In this document: piece by piece, positions 29,789-39,793 of the stretch | Layout of the letters: every line of letters begins with the position of its first letter | Numbering within the stretch: position 1 is the stretch's first letter | Source of the DNA: an uncultured Acidobacteriota bacterium | GTDB lineage: Bacteria > Acidobacteriota > UBA6911 > RPQK01 > JAPXNP01 | NCBI GenBank assembly: GCA_963777605.1 | Contig: CAVZRV010000029.1 | Coordinates: forward strand, 320,001-384,000 | Length of the DNA stretch: 64,000 bases | Direction of reading: 5' to 3' | Made by a program: the position numbers and the translations under genes | Notes under the pieces: generated by a model | What the model was told of the DNA's origin: nothing | Seen by the model: only the letters and a program-made list of their open reading frames with translations | The model's database searches: none

Positions 29789-31947
29789 AAACCAGGCGTG
29801 TCCTGATCTCGACTTCGGCACTGGCGCTTGTGCTGGCGACGTGGGGAGTGCTCTCCCTGGTGCCCCGGTTCGAGTCGGTCCGCTCTGAATGTCAAGCGTC
29901 CGACCGGCTCCTTCTCGACCGGGACGGCCAAATCCTCCACGAATTGCGGGTCAACCCGGAGATTCGACGGCTTTCCTGGACTCCCCTGGAGCAGGTCTCG
30001 CCGGCCTTGGTTGAGGCCGTGGTCGAAGCGGAAGATCGGCGTTTCTACTCGCATCACGGAGTGGATCCGGTCGCCGGAGCCGGCGCTGGAATCGACTGGC
30101 TCTCGGGTTCGTCGGTCAGGGGAGCGAGCACGATCACGATGCAGGTGGCCGGTTTCCTCTTCCACGGCCTGGAACGCCACGGTCGATTCAGGTCGTTGCT
30201 GCAGAAAGGGGGGCAGGCTGCCGCCGCTTCGCTGATCGAACTGCGCTGGAGCAAGGAGGAGATCCTCGAGGCCTACCTCAACCTGGTGAGTTTTCGAGGT
30301 GAACTGCAAGGGGTCTCGGCGGCCTCGCGAGGCTTGTTTGGCAAGATCCCGCACGGACTGTCGAGATCCGAAGCCCTGGTCCTCGCGGCGTTGATTCGGT
30401 CGCCGAATTCGAGCCGTGATGAAGTCGCCCGCCGGGTGTCCGATCTTGCCGATCGGTTGGCTTGGCAGGGTGATCAGGCACCCTTGGGAGCGGCTCTCGA
30501 CGCCCTCGAAGAGCAGTACTGGATTCAGCAGCGCGTGCAGGACGCACCCCAGGTTGCCCGCAGACTTCTCGTCGTGGACTCGGACGGAGCGGGAGCCGGG
30601 GTCTACTCGACCCTCTCCCGAGACATCCAGCGGTTTGCGGCCGATTCCCTTCGGTCGCACGTTGCGCGCCTATCCAGCAGGAACGTCCGCGACGGGGCGG
30701 TCCTGGTCGCGGATCTCGAGACGGGCCAGGTGCTGGCCTACGTGGGCAACACCGGTGCCGATTCGAGCGCGCGCCACGTCGATGGTGTCCAGGCGCTTCG
30801 CCAGGCCGGTTCGACACTGAAGCCGTTCCTTTACGCCCGGGCCCTCGACCGCAGGCTGCTCACTCTGGCCACTTTCCTGGAGGACCGGCCGGTAGAGATC
30901 CCGGTTAGCGGCGGACTCTACCGGCCCGAGAACTATGACCGCCAGTTTCGGGGACCGGTAACCGCGCGGACTGCCCTCGCGTCATCACTGAATGTTCCGG
31001 CAGTGCGCGTGCTCGGAATGGTTGGCGTCGAAGACTTTCTCGAAGTGCTCTCCAGCGTGGGGTTCAGCCCCCTGAGAAGAGCTGAGTATTACGGGCCTTC
31101 CCTCGCCCTGGGTGCCGTCGAGGTCTCGCTCTGGGACCTGGTCAGAGGATATCTCCTGCTGGGCCGCCAGGGAAGCGGGATCGATCTGACTCTGCAGCCC
31201 GTTTCGCCTCGGGAAACCGGGCGGCCCTTCTCGGCAGGTGCCTGCTTTCTGATCGCCCGGGCGCTATCGGATCGTGAGGGGCGCAGCCAGACGTTCGGGC
31301 TCGAAAGCACCCTTGCGACCCCCTTCTGGTCTGCGGTCAAGACCGGCACCAGCAAGGACATGAGGGACAACTGGTGCGTGGGGTTTTCCTCCCGCTATGT
31401 GGTGGGAGTCTGGGTCGGCAACTTCTCGGGTGAATCGATGTGGAACGTCAGCGGGATCAGCGGTGCTGCCCCGGTCTGGCAGGAAGTGATGCAGTTCCTG
31501 CACCGAAGACAACCTTCGGTTGCTCCGGATCTTCCCGACGGAATCCAACTCAGCGAGGTGAGTCTGCCCGGCGAATCGAAGCGCAAGGAGTGGTTCTTCG
31601 CGGGGACGGTTCCCGAGCAGGTGCGACTGGTCCAGGTCGAAAGCCGCCCCCGGATCGAGTACCCGTCTGCGGGAACCGTTTTTGCGGTGGACCCCGATAT
31701 TCCTCGCGACCGGCAGCGGATCTTCTTCGAGTCAATTCCTGCACCGGCCGATGCCACCTGGGAACTGGATGGGAAGACCCTCGGCGGTGCCGACCGGTCG
31801 TATCCCTGGGCTCCCCAGGAGGGACGCCACGAACTCACACTGAGGCTCAAGTCGGGGCCGGTCCTCGATACCGTCGTGTTTTTCGTTCGAGGGTCTACTT
31901 ACCGGCGCTTGGACAGCATCCAGCCGATCAGGCCGGGATCGGAATAG
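29785..31947 (+). CDS. pbpC: Penicillin-binding protein 1C
   Basis: AEDRRFYSHHGVD, GASTITMQVA, RQAGSTLKPF, SLNVPAV, KTGTS; coupled to the A2M gene. Confidence 0.93.
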   Translation: MKTRRVLISTSALALVLATWGVLSLVPRFESVRSECQASDRLLLDRDGQILHELRVNPEIRRLSWTPLEQVSPALVEAVVEAEDRRFYSHHGVDPVAGAGAGIDWLSGSSVRGASTITMQVAGFLFHGLERHGRFRSLLQKGGQAAAASLIELRWSKEEILEAYLNLVSFRGELQGVSAASRGLFGKIPHGLSRSEALVLAALIRSPNSSRDEVARRVSDLADRLAWQGDQAPLGAALDALEEQYWIQQRVQDAPQVARRLLVVDSDGAGAGVYSTLSRDIQRFAADSLRSHVARLSSRNVRDGAVLVADLETGQVLAYVGNTGADSSARHVDGVQALRQAGSTLKPFLYARALDRRLLTLATFLEDRPVEIPVSGGLYRPENYDRQFRGPVTARTALASSLNVPAVRVLGMVGVEDFLEVLSSVGFSPLRRAEYYGPSLALGAVEVSLWDLVRGYLLLGRQGSGIDLTLQPVSPRETGRPFSAGACFLIARALSDREGRSQTFGLESTLATPFWSAVKTGTSKDMRDNWCVGFSSRYVVGVWVGNFSGESMWNVSGISGAAPVWQEVMQFLHRRQPSVAPDLPDGIQLSEVSLPGESKRKEWFFAGTVPEQVRLVQVESRPRIEYPSAGTVFAVDPDIPRDRQRIFFESIPAPADATWELDGKTLGGADRSYPWAPQEGRHELTLRLKSGPVLDTVVFFVRGSTYRRLDSIQPIRPGSE

Positions 31948-32666
31948 GCCCGATCCCACGAGTTGTGGCCGACGCCTTCGTACTCTGTGTACTTGACCCG
32001 GCGGTTGCCGACCTTCTTCAGTGCAGCCACCATCTCTTGGGATTCCCTGACGGGTACAACGGGATCGGCCCCGCCATGGAAGATCCAGATGGGCGTCGAG
32101 CCTATTTTCCGGGCGGCATCGAGGTATGGGTCCCCCTTGACGGTGCTGGTTTCCCGGGCTCGGAAAGGTGGAACGATTCCGCCGCAGATCGGCACCAGTG
32201 CCGCGAATTTGTTCGGATACTTGCTTCCCAGGTAGAAGGTACCGTAGCCGCCCATCGAGAGGCCGGTCAGGTAGACTCGGTCGGGGTCCCCATTGTACTC
32301 CTCGATGGCACTCGCCAGCGCTTTGAGAGCGAGTTTCTCCATGGCTGGATCGTTCCACCAGACCCCACGGCGACACTGGGGCATTACCACAATTGCCGGA
32401 AAGCGATGCTGGTCGCGCCGAATCGCCCCACCGAGGCCTACTTCGGTCTGGGCACGGTTGTCGTCTCCCCGTTCCCCCGCGCCGTGCAGGAAGAGAATTA
32501 CGGGCCACTCTTCGACCGGACTCCAGCTGTCAGGGACGAACACTGTGTATCGGTAGCTTTCCGATTCGACTTCGGTCGTCTTCTCGACGAACCCCCGTTC
32601 GACCTGCAGGGTTCCGAGCAAGGCCAAGGGCAACAGGATTGTGGAAAGCCAGAGACCTGTTCTCAC
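31899..32666 (-). CDS. Secreted alpha/beta hydrolase (predicted peptidase/esterase)
   Basis: LFLHGAGERG, nucleophile elbow GLSMGG, FHGGADPVVP, GVGHNSW. Confidence 0.88.
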   Translation of the reverse strand: MRTGLWLSTILLPLALLGTLQVERGFVEKTTEVESESYRYTVFVPDSWSPVEEWPVILFLHGAGERGDDNRAQTEVGLGGAIRRDQHRFPAIVVMPQCRRGVWWNDPAMEKLALKALASAIEEYNGDPDRVYLTGLSMGGYGTFYLGSKYPNKFAALVPICGGIVPPFRARETSTVKGDPYLDAARKIGSTPIWIFHGGADPVVPVRESQEMVAALKKVGNRRVKYTEYEGVGHNSWDRAYSDPGLIGWMLSKRR

Positions 32667-32751
32667 AATAGACTCAATTCTACTCCATCAGGCTGTCGTC
32701 ATCGGTCAGAGAGCCTGGAATATTCAGACAGGTTCGATAAGATAAGTAGAA

Positions 32752-33279
32752 ATGGCCTTGGTGTTCCGGCGGATCGACACCGTTTTTGGAGATCTCCTCG
32801 TCGCGGTCAGCGCAGCGGGAGTGTGCAGGGTCTCTTTTCCCCACGAATTGTCGGGACGGTGGCTCCCCTGGTTCGACCGCTACTTCAACTTGACGCCGAG
32901 GGACGACAGCCACCCGTGGCTGAGGCGTGCCGAACAGCAGATTCGGGAGTACCTGTCGGGGGAACGACGCGAGTTCCGGATTCCGCTCGACATGCGAGGA
33001 CCGGAGTTTTATCTGATGGTCTGGGAACGCCTTCTCAAGATCCCCTATGGAGAAACCTCCACATACGGAGAGATCGCCCGTGAGTTCGGTCTGCCGGGAG
33101 GGGCGCGGGCCGTTGGTGCGGCTGCCGCCGCCAATCCGGTTCCCATTCTGGTACCCTGCCACCGGCTGGTCGGGAACAAGGGGCGCCTGGTCGGCTTCGT
33201 AGGTGGGCTCCAATTCAAAGAGCGTTTGCTGGAGCTGGAAGGAGCCCGGATACCGTTCGGGCAACCGGCGTCAGCCTGA
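32752..33279 (+). CDS. ogt: Methylated-DNA-protein-cysteine methyltransferase
   Basis: IPYGETSTYGEIA, RAVG, NPVPILVPCHR. Confidence 0.92.
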   Translation: MALVFRRIDTVFGDLLVAVSAAGVCRVSFPHELSGRWLPWFDRYFNLTPRDDSHPWLRRAEQQIREYLSGERREFRIPLDMRGPEFYLMVWERLLKIPYGETSTYGEIAREFGLPGGARAVGAAAAANPVPILVPCHRLVGNKGRLVGFVGGLQFKERLLELEGARIPFGQPASA

Positions 33280-33323
33280 CACAGGACAGTCGCCGCCGAT
33301 CATCCTGTAGAATCGTTTCCGGA

Positions 33324-34403
33324 ATGAGAACCGAAAGCGACCTCTTCGATAAACTCGGCAATGGGGAGAGAATCAACCGGCAGGACGCAGTCCGGCTCCT
33401 GCAGTCTCAGAACCTGCAGGAAATCGGTCTGGCTGCCGATAGTGTCAGACGAGCCAAACACCGGGACGGTGTCGTTTCGTTTCTCATCGATCGCAACATC
33501 AACTACACCAATTACTGTGTAGCTCGTTGCACGTTCTGCAACTTCTACCGGAAGCCCAAGACCAGCGAAGGCTATGTCCTCCCCAAGGAAGAGATTTTCA
33601 GGAAGATCGAGGAGACCCTCGCCGTCGGAGGGACGGGAATCCTGATGCAGGGAGGGATGAATCCCGACCTCAAGATCGACTATTACGAGGACCTCTTGCG
33701 CTCGATCCGGGATCGCTACCCGATTCACCTTCACTGTTTCTCACCGCCCGAAGTCGTGGTTTTGGCCAAGCTCAGCAAGCTGACGGTCCGCGAGACGGTG
33801 CGTCGGTTGATCGATGCCGGACTTGATTCGATTCCCGGCGGGGGTGCCGAAATCCTGACCGACCGAATGCGAAAGACGATCAGCCCCGGCAAATGCTCGG
33901 CCGACGAGTGGCTGAACGTCATGCGGGTGTCCCATGAGGAAGGGCTGACCACGACGGCAACGATGATGTTCGGCGCCGGAGAAACCTGGGCAGAAATGGC
34001 CGAGCACCTCGACCGGATCCGCCGGCTCCAGGACGAAACCGGCGGGTTTGTCGCCTTCATTCCCTGGAACGTTCAACTCGAGGGAACGGAACTCGAGCAT
34101 GATGTCCACCGGATCGTCTCACCCGTCGAATACCTGAAAGTGATGGCCGTATCCCGAATCTTCCTGGACAACATCGAAAACGTCCAGGTCTCCTGGCTGA
34201 CCCAGGGGTTGAAGCTGGCCCAGGTCGCGCTTCACTTCGGCGCCAACGATGTGGGAAGCATCATGATCGAGGAGAATGTCATGAGCGCGGCCGGTTCTCA
34301 CAACACTGCCACCCGCACCGACCTGATCGAACTGATCCGCCAGGCCGGCTTCGTCCCCGCCCAGCGTGACACCCTCTACCGGACCTTCAGTCGAGTCGCG
34401 TAA
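33324..34403 (+). CDS. mqnC: Cyclic dehypoxanthinyl futalosine synthase (radical SAM, futalosine menaquinone pathway)
   Basis: DRNINYTNYCVARCTFCNFYR, LMQGG, GGGAEIL, GANDVGSIMIEENVMSAAG. Confidence 0.9.
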   Translation: MRTESDLFDKLGNGERINRQDAVRLLQSQNLQEIGLAADSVRRAKHRDGVVSFLIDRNINYTNYCVARCTFCNFYRKPKTSEGYVLPKEEIFRKIEETLAVGGTGILMQGGMNPDLKIDYYEDLLRSIRDRYPIHLHCFSPPEVVVLAKLSKLTVRETVRRLIDAGLDSIPGGGAEILTDRMRKTISPGKCSADEWLNVMRVSHEEGLTTTATMMFGAGETWAEMAEHLDRIRRLQDETGGFVAFIPWNVQLEGTELEHDVHRIVSPVEYLKVMAVSRIFLDNIENVQVSWLTQGLKLAQVALHFGANDVGSIMIEENVMSAAGSHNTATRTDLIELIRQAGFVPAQRDTLYRTFSRVA

Positions 34404-34477
34404 AACATCTGCAATTTGTGACTTTTGGCGTGTGATTAGGTGCCCTAGTTCGCATTTCGAGCTTCGAAATTTGAAAT

Positions 34478-34494
34478 GGTGCATAATCATTCGG
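34478..34494 (+). promoter_or_regulatory. ARG box overlapping the -10 element of argR
   Basis: TGCATAATCATTCG resembles the ArgR consensus TGAATAWWWATTCA; CATAAT ends 7 nt before the ATG. Confidence 0.6.
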
Positions 34495-34917
34495 ATGGAA
34501 AAGGTGCGCCGCCACGAGGCGATTCTTGGATTGATCCGAAGAGAAGTGATTTTGTCCCAGGAAGCGCTCAGGCAGGAGCTTCATTTGCAGGGTTTTGACG
34601 TGACTCAGGCGACCCTTTCCCGGGACCTGCGGGAACTCGGTGTCAGCAAAAAGAAAGATCGTCACGGTGTGTATAAATATTCAGTCTTGGAGCCGTCCCG
34701 ACCGGCACCGTACCTGAGCTATCAGGCCAGCGGATATCTCCTCGTGCTCAAGACCGAGACGGGTCTGGCACCCCGGGTGGCCTACCAGGTGGACGGATTG
34801 GGATACCGGGAAGTTCTCGGTACCGTGGCGGGGGAGGACACCCTTCTGGTCGTGCTTGCCGAGGACGTTGATCGCGACGTTGCGGTGGAAAAGGTCCTCA
34901 ATGGAATTCGATCGTAA
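34495..34917 (+). CDS. argR: Arginine repressor
   Basis: RHEAIL, SQEAL, VTQATLSRDLRELG, GTVAGEDT. Confidence 0.93.
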   Translation: MEKVRRHEAILGLIRREVILSQEALRQELHLQGFDVTQATLSRDLRELGVSKKKDRHGVYKYSVLEPSRPAPYLSYQASGYLLVLKTETGLAPRVAYQVDGLGYREVLGTVAGEDTLLVVLAEDVDRDVAVEKVLNGIRS

Positions 34918-36355
34918 TGACAGGAGCGGGCAGGTGAGCGAAAAGGGGAAAGAGGCCGTTCCACGCAAGGCCCTCTGGGCAGGGCGGTTCACGTCCGGGG
35001 TGGATCCTGTACTGCAGCGGTTCAGTCGCTCGATCCAGATCGACCGGCGGTTGGCGGATGAGGATATCCGGGGGAGCGAGGCTCACGTGCGGATGCTCGT
35101 CCGGCAGGGACTCCTTTCTGTTGAAGACGGAGAGCAATTGCTGGCCGGACTGAGCGCGGTTCGGCAGGAAATCGTGGAAGGCAGTTTTCCGTTCCGGGAC
35201 GAGCTGGAAGATATTCATATGAATATTGAGCAGCGGCTTCGCGAAATCGTGGGCGAAGCGGGAGGCCGTCTGCACACCGGCCGAAGCCGGAACGACCAGG
35301 TTGCGCTCGACCTGAGGCTCTATTGCCTCAAGACGGCTGAGGCCTGGCGGGACGCGATCCGGAACCTGGTTTCACTCGTCGTGTCAAAGAGCGCCGAGTT
35401 CAAAACCGATCTCTTCCCGGCGTGGACGCACATGCAGGCAGCCCAGCCTGTCTCGTGGGGACACTACTTTCTCTCCCTGGCTGAAATGCTGGCCCGGGAC
35501 GAGTCTCGACTCGACTCCTACCTCACGCTGCATTCCGTCAGCCCTCTCGGTGCAGGGGCTCTCAGTGGAAGTTCGCTGCCTTTGGCTCCCGAGATGACGG
35601 CCGAACTGTTGGGGTTCTCGCGTTCGTTCGGGAACAGCTATGACGTCGTCGGGGACCGGGACGCCCTGCTCGAGCTTGCGCAGATTTCCGTTCAGGTGAT
35701 GATCCATCTCAGTCGCTGGGCTGAAGATTTCATCTACATGGCCAGCACGCCGGTCGGATGGATCGACCTTCCTGATTCTCTCTGTACCGGTAGCAGCATG
35801 ATGCCCCAGAAGAAGAACCCCGACTTGCTCGAACTGACCCGGGGAAAGACGGCTTCGGTGATCGGGCACTGTACGGGTCTTGCCGCCCTCCTCAAGGGCT
35901 TGCCGACGTCTTACCAGAGGGACCTGCAGCAGGACAAGGAGCACCTTTTCCCGATTGTCGATACCGTTACCGATTCGCTCGAGGTGCAGGCGCTGCTCTG
36001 GGAGGGGCTGAATGTCAACGTGGACAAGGCCGAAGCGGCACTCGAAGAGGGCTTTCTGATGGCAACCGAGTTGGCCGAGTACCTCGTCACCAAGGGGATA
36101 CCGTTTCGCGATGCCCACCACCTCGTCGGGAGCCTCGTCAAGCGGTGCATCGACGATGGCCGAATGCTTTCCGACCTGACCCTTGATGAAGTTCGCGAGC
36201 TGTGTCCGCGGGCCGAAGAAGATGTCATCCAGGTTCTGAAGCCGGAAGGAGCCCTGTTGAGGAGGACTCACAAGGGCTCGACCGGGATCCGTTCGATCGA
36301 GGACCAGTTGAAGCAATGGCGTAACTGGCTCGATCAGCGAGAGTTCGAATCGTAG
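34901..36355 (+). CDS. argH: Argininosuccinate lyase
   Basis: LWAGRF, EDIHMNIE, LHTGRSRNDQ, TGSSMMPQKKNPD, GIPFRDAH. Confidence 0.96.
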   Translation: MEFDRNDRSGQVSEKGKEAVPRKALWAGRFTSGVDPVLQRFSRSIQIDRRLADEDIRGSEAHVRMLVRQGLLSVEDGEQLLAGLSAVRQEIVEGSFPFRDELEDIHMNIEQRLREIVGEAGGRLHTGRSRNDQVALDLRLYCLKTAEAWRDAIRNLVSLVVSKSAEFKTDLFPAWTHMQAAQPVSWGHYFLSLAEMLARDESRLDSYLTLHSVSPLGAGALSGSSLPLAPEMTAELLGFSRSFGNSYDVVGDRDALLELAQISVQVMIHLSRWAEDFIYMASTPVGWIDLPDSLCTGSSMMPQKKNPDLLELTRGKTASVIGHCTGLAALLKGLPTSYQRDLQQDKEHLFPIVDTVTDSLEVQALLWEGLNVNVDKAEAALEEGFLMATELAEYLVTKGIPFRDAHHLVGSLVKRCIDDGRMLSDLTLDEVRELCPRAEEDVIQVLKPEGALLRRTHKGSTGIRSIEDQLKQWRNWLDQREFES

Positions 36356-36459
36356 CCGGCTTGTTGCGCGACCTCGTTCAACGCGGTACGGACTCAGATC
36401 TGGTGGCCGCGAGCTCGGGGATTCGTCGCTGCGCTCCGGCTATGTGCCATAATTACGTC

Positions 36460-36620
36460 TCAGGGTTGCGGGTTCAGTCCAGTTCCGGTTGGCTGCACAA
36501 TTAAGGCGGTCGGCTTGGAAGCCGGACAGCAGAAAGAAAGGGCTGGCTTGTGCCTGTTCTGCGAGCCGGGCAATAGGCCCCTGGGCCCGGCTGAAACGTG
36601 CCTTTTCCGGGCAACCGGGG
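36460..36620 (+). ncRNA. Candidate structured RNA or leader upstream of metK (family not identified)
   Basis: Own extended -10 (TGcCATAAT, 36445-36453), nested long-range pairings and a CCGG-GCAA-CCGG hairpin. Confidence 0.4.
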
Positions 36621-36624
36621 TGAA

Positions 36625-36654
36625 TTGACACGTGGGAAATCCGTGTGCTACGGT
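36625..36654 (+). promoter_or_regulatory. Sigma70-type promoter for metK
   Basis: TTGACA-18 bp-TACGGT with TGn; RBS GGAGG before ATG 36704. Confidence 0.55.
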
Positions 36655-36703
36655 CAGGTCTTATTTTTTTCATTTCTGGAGTCGTCAGGTGGAGGAACAA
36701 TAG

Positions 36704-37885
36704 ATGGCAGGTAAGGGGAAGTGGTTGTTCACGTCCGAATCGGTGACTGAAGGGCACCCGGACAAGATTGCAGATCAGATCTCGGATGGAGTACTGGACG
36801 CGGTCCTTGCTGAAGATCCCGCGGGAAGGGTTGCCTGCGAGTCTCTGGTCACGACTGGCTTGATTATGGTAGCCGGCGAGATTACGACCACTAGCCATCT
36901 CGATATCCCGAAGATTGCCCGTGATGTGGTCCGCGACGTGGGTTATACGGATGCCTGCTACGGATTCGACTGCGACACATGCGCCGTCATTACCTCGATC
37001 GACAAGCAGTCTCCGGACATCGCCCAGGGTGTCGATGTAGGAGGAGCTGGGGACCAGGGTCTGATGTTCGGTTTTGCCTGTACCGAGACCCCCGTTTACA
37101 TGCCCTTGACTATCCAGTTGGCCCACCAGCTTACGAAGCGCCTTTCTGACGTTCGGCGGCAGGGAATCGTGGACTGGCTTCGTCCTGACGGCAAGTCCCA
37201 GGTCACAGTCGAATACGAGAACGGAAAGCCGGTTCGCATTGAAGCGGTCGTGATTTCGACTCAGCATGACGTCGCGGTATCCAACAAGGAAATCCACGCC
37301 GGCGTCAGGGAACACGTCATCGGCCCAGTCGTTCCCGCGGAACTCATAGACGACCGCACCAAGATCTACATCAACCCGACTGGTCGGTTCGTGGTCGGCG
37401 GCCCCCAGGGCGACTGCGGTGTGACCGGTCGGAAGATCATCGTTGATACCTATGGTGGAGTGGGTAGCCATGGCGGTGGCGCGTTTTCGGGCAAGGATCC
37501 GTCCAAGGTTGATCGCTCGGCGTCCTACATGGCGCGATACATCGCCAAGAACTGTGTTGCTGCGGGACTGGCAGACCGCTTGGCGATTCAGCTCGCCTAT
37601 GCCATTGGAGTCGCCGAGCCGGTTTCGATCATGGTGGATACCTTCGGTACGGGACGGGTAGACGACGAGAGGATCGCCACCCTGATCCGCGAGAACTTCC
37701 AGCTGACTCCCAAGGGAATCGTCGAGTCGCTGGATCTGAGACGGCCCATCTATCAGAGAACGGCTGCGTTCGGCCACTTCGGGCGCGAGAACGAGGGTTT
37801 CGGCTGGGAGCGCGTTGATAAGGCTGAAGTCTTGCGCAGTGATGCCGGGCTCTCCCGTTCTGACGTTGCCGCGGCACACTCCTGA
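36704..37885 (+). CDS. metK: S-adenosylmethionine synthetase
   Basis: [58 protein letters not shown]. Confidence 0.98.
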   Translation: MAGKGKWLFTSESVTEGHPDKIADQISDGVLDAVLAEDPAGRVACESLVTTGLIMVAGEITTTSHLDIPKIARDVVRDVGYTDACYGFDCDTCAVITSIDKQSPDIAQGVDVGGAGDQGLMFGFACTETPVYMPLTIQLAHQLTKRLSDVRRQGIVDWLRPDGKSQVTVEYENGKPVRIEAVVISTQHDVAVSNKEIHAGVREHVIGPVVPAELIDDRTKIYINPTGRFVVGGPQGDCGVTGRKIIVDTYGGVGSHGGGAFSGKDPSKVDRSASYMARYIAKNCVAAGLADRLAIQLAYAIGVAEPVSIMVDTFGTGRVDDERIATLIRENFQLTPKGIVESLDLRRPIYQRTAAFGHFGRENEGFGWERVDKAEVLRSDAGLSRSDVAAAHS

Positions 37886-37959
37886 TCGCTCCGTTTCATT
37901 CGAACGATATTGCGCTTTCTCCCGTCATAGGACAGCGGAGGAAGAGCTCTATCGATCGA

Positions 37960-38924
37960 ATGAACCTGCCCAACCGATTGATCCCGGCTTTCAACCTGAG
38001 GTTCCTGCACCTGCTTACGCTCGTTGTCTCTTTCTCAGGGGTGACGGCATGGGGGCAGGAGTCTGCCGATTTCCTGGTCAAGGCATACTCGACTTTGACC
38101 GAGGTGCGCGTCCTGAATTCCTCTGGGGAGCCGGTGGAGGGACTGGAGCAGAAGGACTTCGAAGTGACGGTGGATTCCCGGGTCCGCCCCCTGCTGTTTT
38201 TCGAGGAACGGAACAACAGCCGGGTCAGCCTGGCAATTCTCGTCGATATCGGGTCGAGCATGAGCGAAGAGGCTATCGGGTCGGCCAAAGAGTCAATCCT
38301 GGAGCTGATCCATCTACTTGATCCGGTCGATGAGATCGCTGTCGCCGTCTACGACCGAAAGGTCGAGTTCCTCTCTGAATTGACCAGCAACCGGCTGGAC
38401 CTGCTGGAAGCCATCCGAAACATCCCGGTCGGCGCAAGGACGTCGTTTTGGAAACGTCTGGGAACCGCCTTCGGTACGTCTGCCCTGACCGGTTCAGCCG
38501 TGGACGAGGCGCTTCTCCGTCTCAAGAAAGCCCGTCACGCGCTCCACGTCGTCCTCGCGTTCTCCTCTGCCTTCGGGAACCTCGGAGCGGGGACCGAAGA
38601 GCACCTGGCGATCTCGGGGGCGCGGTCTTCTTTGGCGTCGGCTGGAGCAACCGGCTGGGCAACGCCTTTAACCTGTGGGGCGACCGGTTGAGTCGAGGCT
38701 CGATATTGTGCCACTCAGGCGGGGTGCTCTACTCGGGGAAACGGATCAAGGAACGGATCGACTCCCTGGCCCGGGCTCTCCAGAACTACTACCTCCTTGC
38801 CTACGATTCGGCCCGTGAGGAGCGGGACGGCGACGCGCGGGAACCTGAGATTCGGGTGGTATCCTGTCCCGGCTGCAAGGTAGCCTTCCTGCGCCGGGTC
38901 GAGAGCAGAAACGCCTTCTATTGA
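37960..38924 (+). CDS. VWA domain protein (acidobacterial VWFA-related), split by a frame break near 38625
   Basis: GEPVEGLEQKDFEV and MIDAS-like DIGSSM; the second frame continues FFGVGW...SGG...LQNYYLLAYDS. Confidence 0.78.
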
Positions 38925-38966
38925 GGGGGTCCCGGACGCCGTCGGGGCTCGTGATATGATCGCCCC

Positions 38967-39704
38967 ATGGCCCAAGGCCCGAATTACCGGATGAGTTTTG
39001 GACCGCAGCTTTCCCGGATGGTCAGGTACCTGATCCTGGCCAACGTTGCGGTGTTTATCTGGCAGACCCTGGCCGGGCTGGTGGGCGGTCTGGAGATAGT
39101 CCAGATCTTCGGGCTGGTCCCGGTGCTGGTCGTCAAGAAACTTTTCCTCTGGCAGTTGGTCACCTACCTGTTTCTCCATGGTGGATTCTTCCACATCTTC
39201 TTCAACATGTTCGCACTCTGGATGTTTGGATCGGAACTGGAGAAGGTTTGGGGAGAAAAAGCCTTCCTGCGCTACTACTTCGTGACCGGAATCGGTGCTG
39301 GAATTGTGTCTGTGGCGGTGGATCCCTTCTCGCCGATCCCGACGATCGGGGCCAGTGGTGCGATTTACGGGATTCTGCTGGCCTACGGAATGATGTTTCC
39401 CAACCGGTACGTCTATCTCTACTTCCTCTTTCCGGTCAAGGTGAAATACTTCGTCGCCGTAATCGGCGGGATCGCCTTCTTCTCTGCTTTGGGTACGTCG
39501 GGTAGTACCATTGCCCACTTCGCGCATCTGGGCGGAATGCTCTTCGGGTTCCTCTACCTGAAGGGTTTTCTGAGCCTGGGTCGAATTCGCCAGGCCTATT
39601 TCCGGTGGAAGCTGAAGCGGATGCGTTCCAAGTTCAAGGTCTACGAGCAGGACCGGCGGCAGGAGCGGCCCCCCCGGTCGGATGACGACTTCTGGATCAA
39701 CTGA
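38967..39704 (+). CDS. Rhomboid intramembrane serine protease
   Basis: WQLVTYLFLHGGFFHIFFNM, catalytic GASG, AHFAHLGGM. Confidence 0.93.
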   Translation: MAQGPNYRMSFGPQLSRMVRYLILANVAVFIWQTLAGLVGGLEIVQIFGLVPVLVVKKLFLWQLVTYLFLHGGFFHIFFNMFALWMFGSELEKVWGEKAFLRYYFVTGIGAGIVSVAVDPFSPIPTIGASGAIYGILLAYGMMFPNRYVYLYFLFPVKVKYFVAVIGGIAFFSALGTSGSTIAHFAHLGGMLFGFLYLKGFLSLGRIRQAYFRWKLKRMRSKFKVYEQDRRQERPPRSDDDFWIN

Positions 39705-39793
39705 TCCCTGCTCGACGGTTTCTGGATCGCCCGGGTCTTGGGTGCTCGCCTTTCCGGTTTGCTATCATAGCCCTTAACTGTTCCCTTCTTGCT

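Noticed and set aside
24188-31947. Alpha-2-macroglobulin plus pbpC as a new system
   Set aside because: Well-described conserved pair (yfhM-pbpC type).
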